Shown here: positions 53,161-53,741 of the stretch, piece by piece | Layout: every line of letters begins with the position of its first letter | Position numbering within the stretch: the first letter of the stretch is position 1 | Assembly: GCF_006345805.1 (NCBI RefSeq) | Contig: NW_021831742.1 | Span: forward strand, 1-53,741 | Origin: Octopus sinensis | Taxonomy: Eukaryota | Length of the DNA stretch: 53,741 nucleotides | Direction of reading: 5' to 3' | The notes under the pieces: generated by a model | What the model saw: the letters and a program-made list of their open reading frames with translations, nothing else | Database searches by the model: none | Told to the model about the DNA's origin: nothing | Made by a program: the position numbers and the translations under genes

Positions 53161-53741
53161 CTATTGTTCTTTTTCTCCTAACCTTCATTCTTAATTTTTA
53201 TAGATCGAATTTTGTATAAAAATCACTCCCTTCCTTCTGTTGTCCCCTCTATTGTCTATTTATACATACCTGTCATTCTCTCTCCCCTCCCCCTTTTTCT
53301 ATCGTAGATATATATATATATCTATATATATATATATATATGTTCGTGCGTTGTGTGTGCCATATAGATATATAATATATATATATATATATCTTCCCTT
53401 TACACCTACCACGCTCTCTCTTCCTTCTCTCCCATCATCTTCACCCCTCTCTCGTAGCCCTACTCCTACACAATCCAACCCCACCTTCCTTATCCATTCC
53501 ATCCCACTCCACTCCATCCCTTACACCCACTACTACATACCCCACCTCTACCCCCATCATCAGCCTAACCCACACACAACTATATCACACAACACCACAT
53601 CACACCACCACGCACACAGTAGCACTGACCACTTCCCAGCACCCAGACCATCATCCGCACGCCTACACTTACACATACGCACACGTCAGGGTCACCAGCC
53701 CTCTTCACACGCACACACAAGCTCTGTTATACACACGCGCA

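Overview
Eukaryotic, repeat-dominated, intronic or intergenic DNA. The tRNA-headed SINE families and the very dense (TA)n/(TATG)n/(TATC)n/(TAA)n/(CAT)n microsatellites point to an octopod cephalopod (Octopus sp.); this is inferred from remembered repeat families and not verified. No host gene can be called with confidence, and nearly all listed ORFs are microsatellite translation artefacts. The only clear coding sequence is retrotransposon-derived: a young 5'-truncated CR1-type LINE (9590-10416), R4/Dong-like restriction-endonuclease-like (REL) 3' ends, and decayed CR1/RTE fragments. Three SINE groups recur, which I label A, B and C. There are also non-autonomous Helitrons, hAT-like MITEs and a Penelope-like remnant carrying a hammerhead-like motif. 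Most notable structures: (1) C-SINE multimers made of one head plus (~184 bp)n, with the same junction at independent loci, target-site duplications (TSDs) around whole arrays and mosaic middle units; (2) a ~446 bp fold-back palindrome generated inside one B-SINE between (AT)n tracts; (3) a stack of (TAA)n-embedded retroelements; (4) head/tail module swapping among SINEs; (5) a 1467 bp near-identical tandem duplication bounded by (TATG)n.
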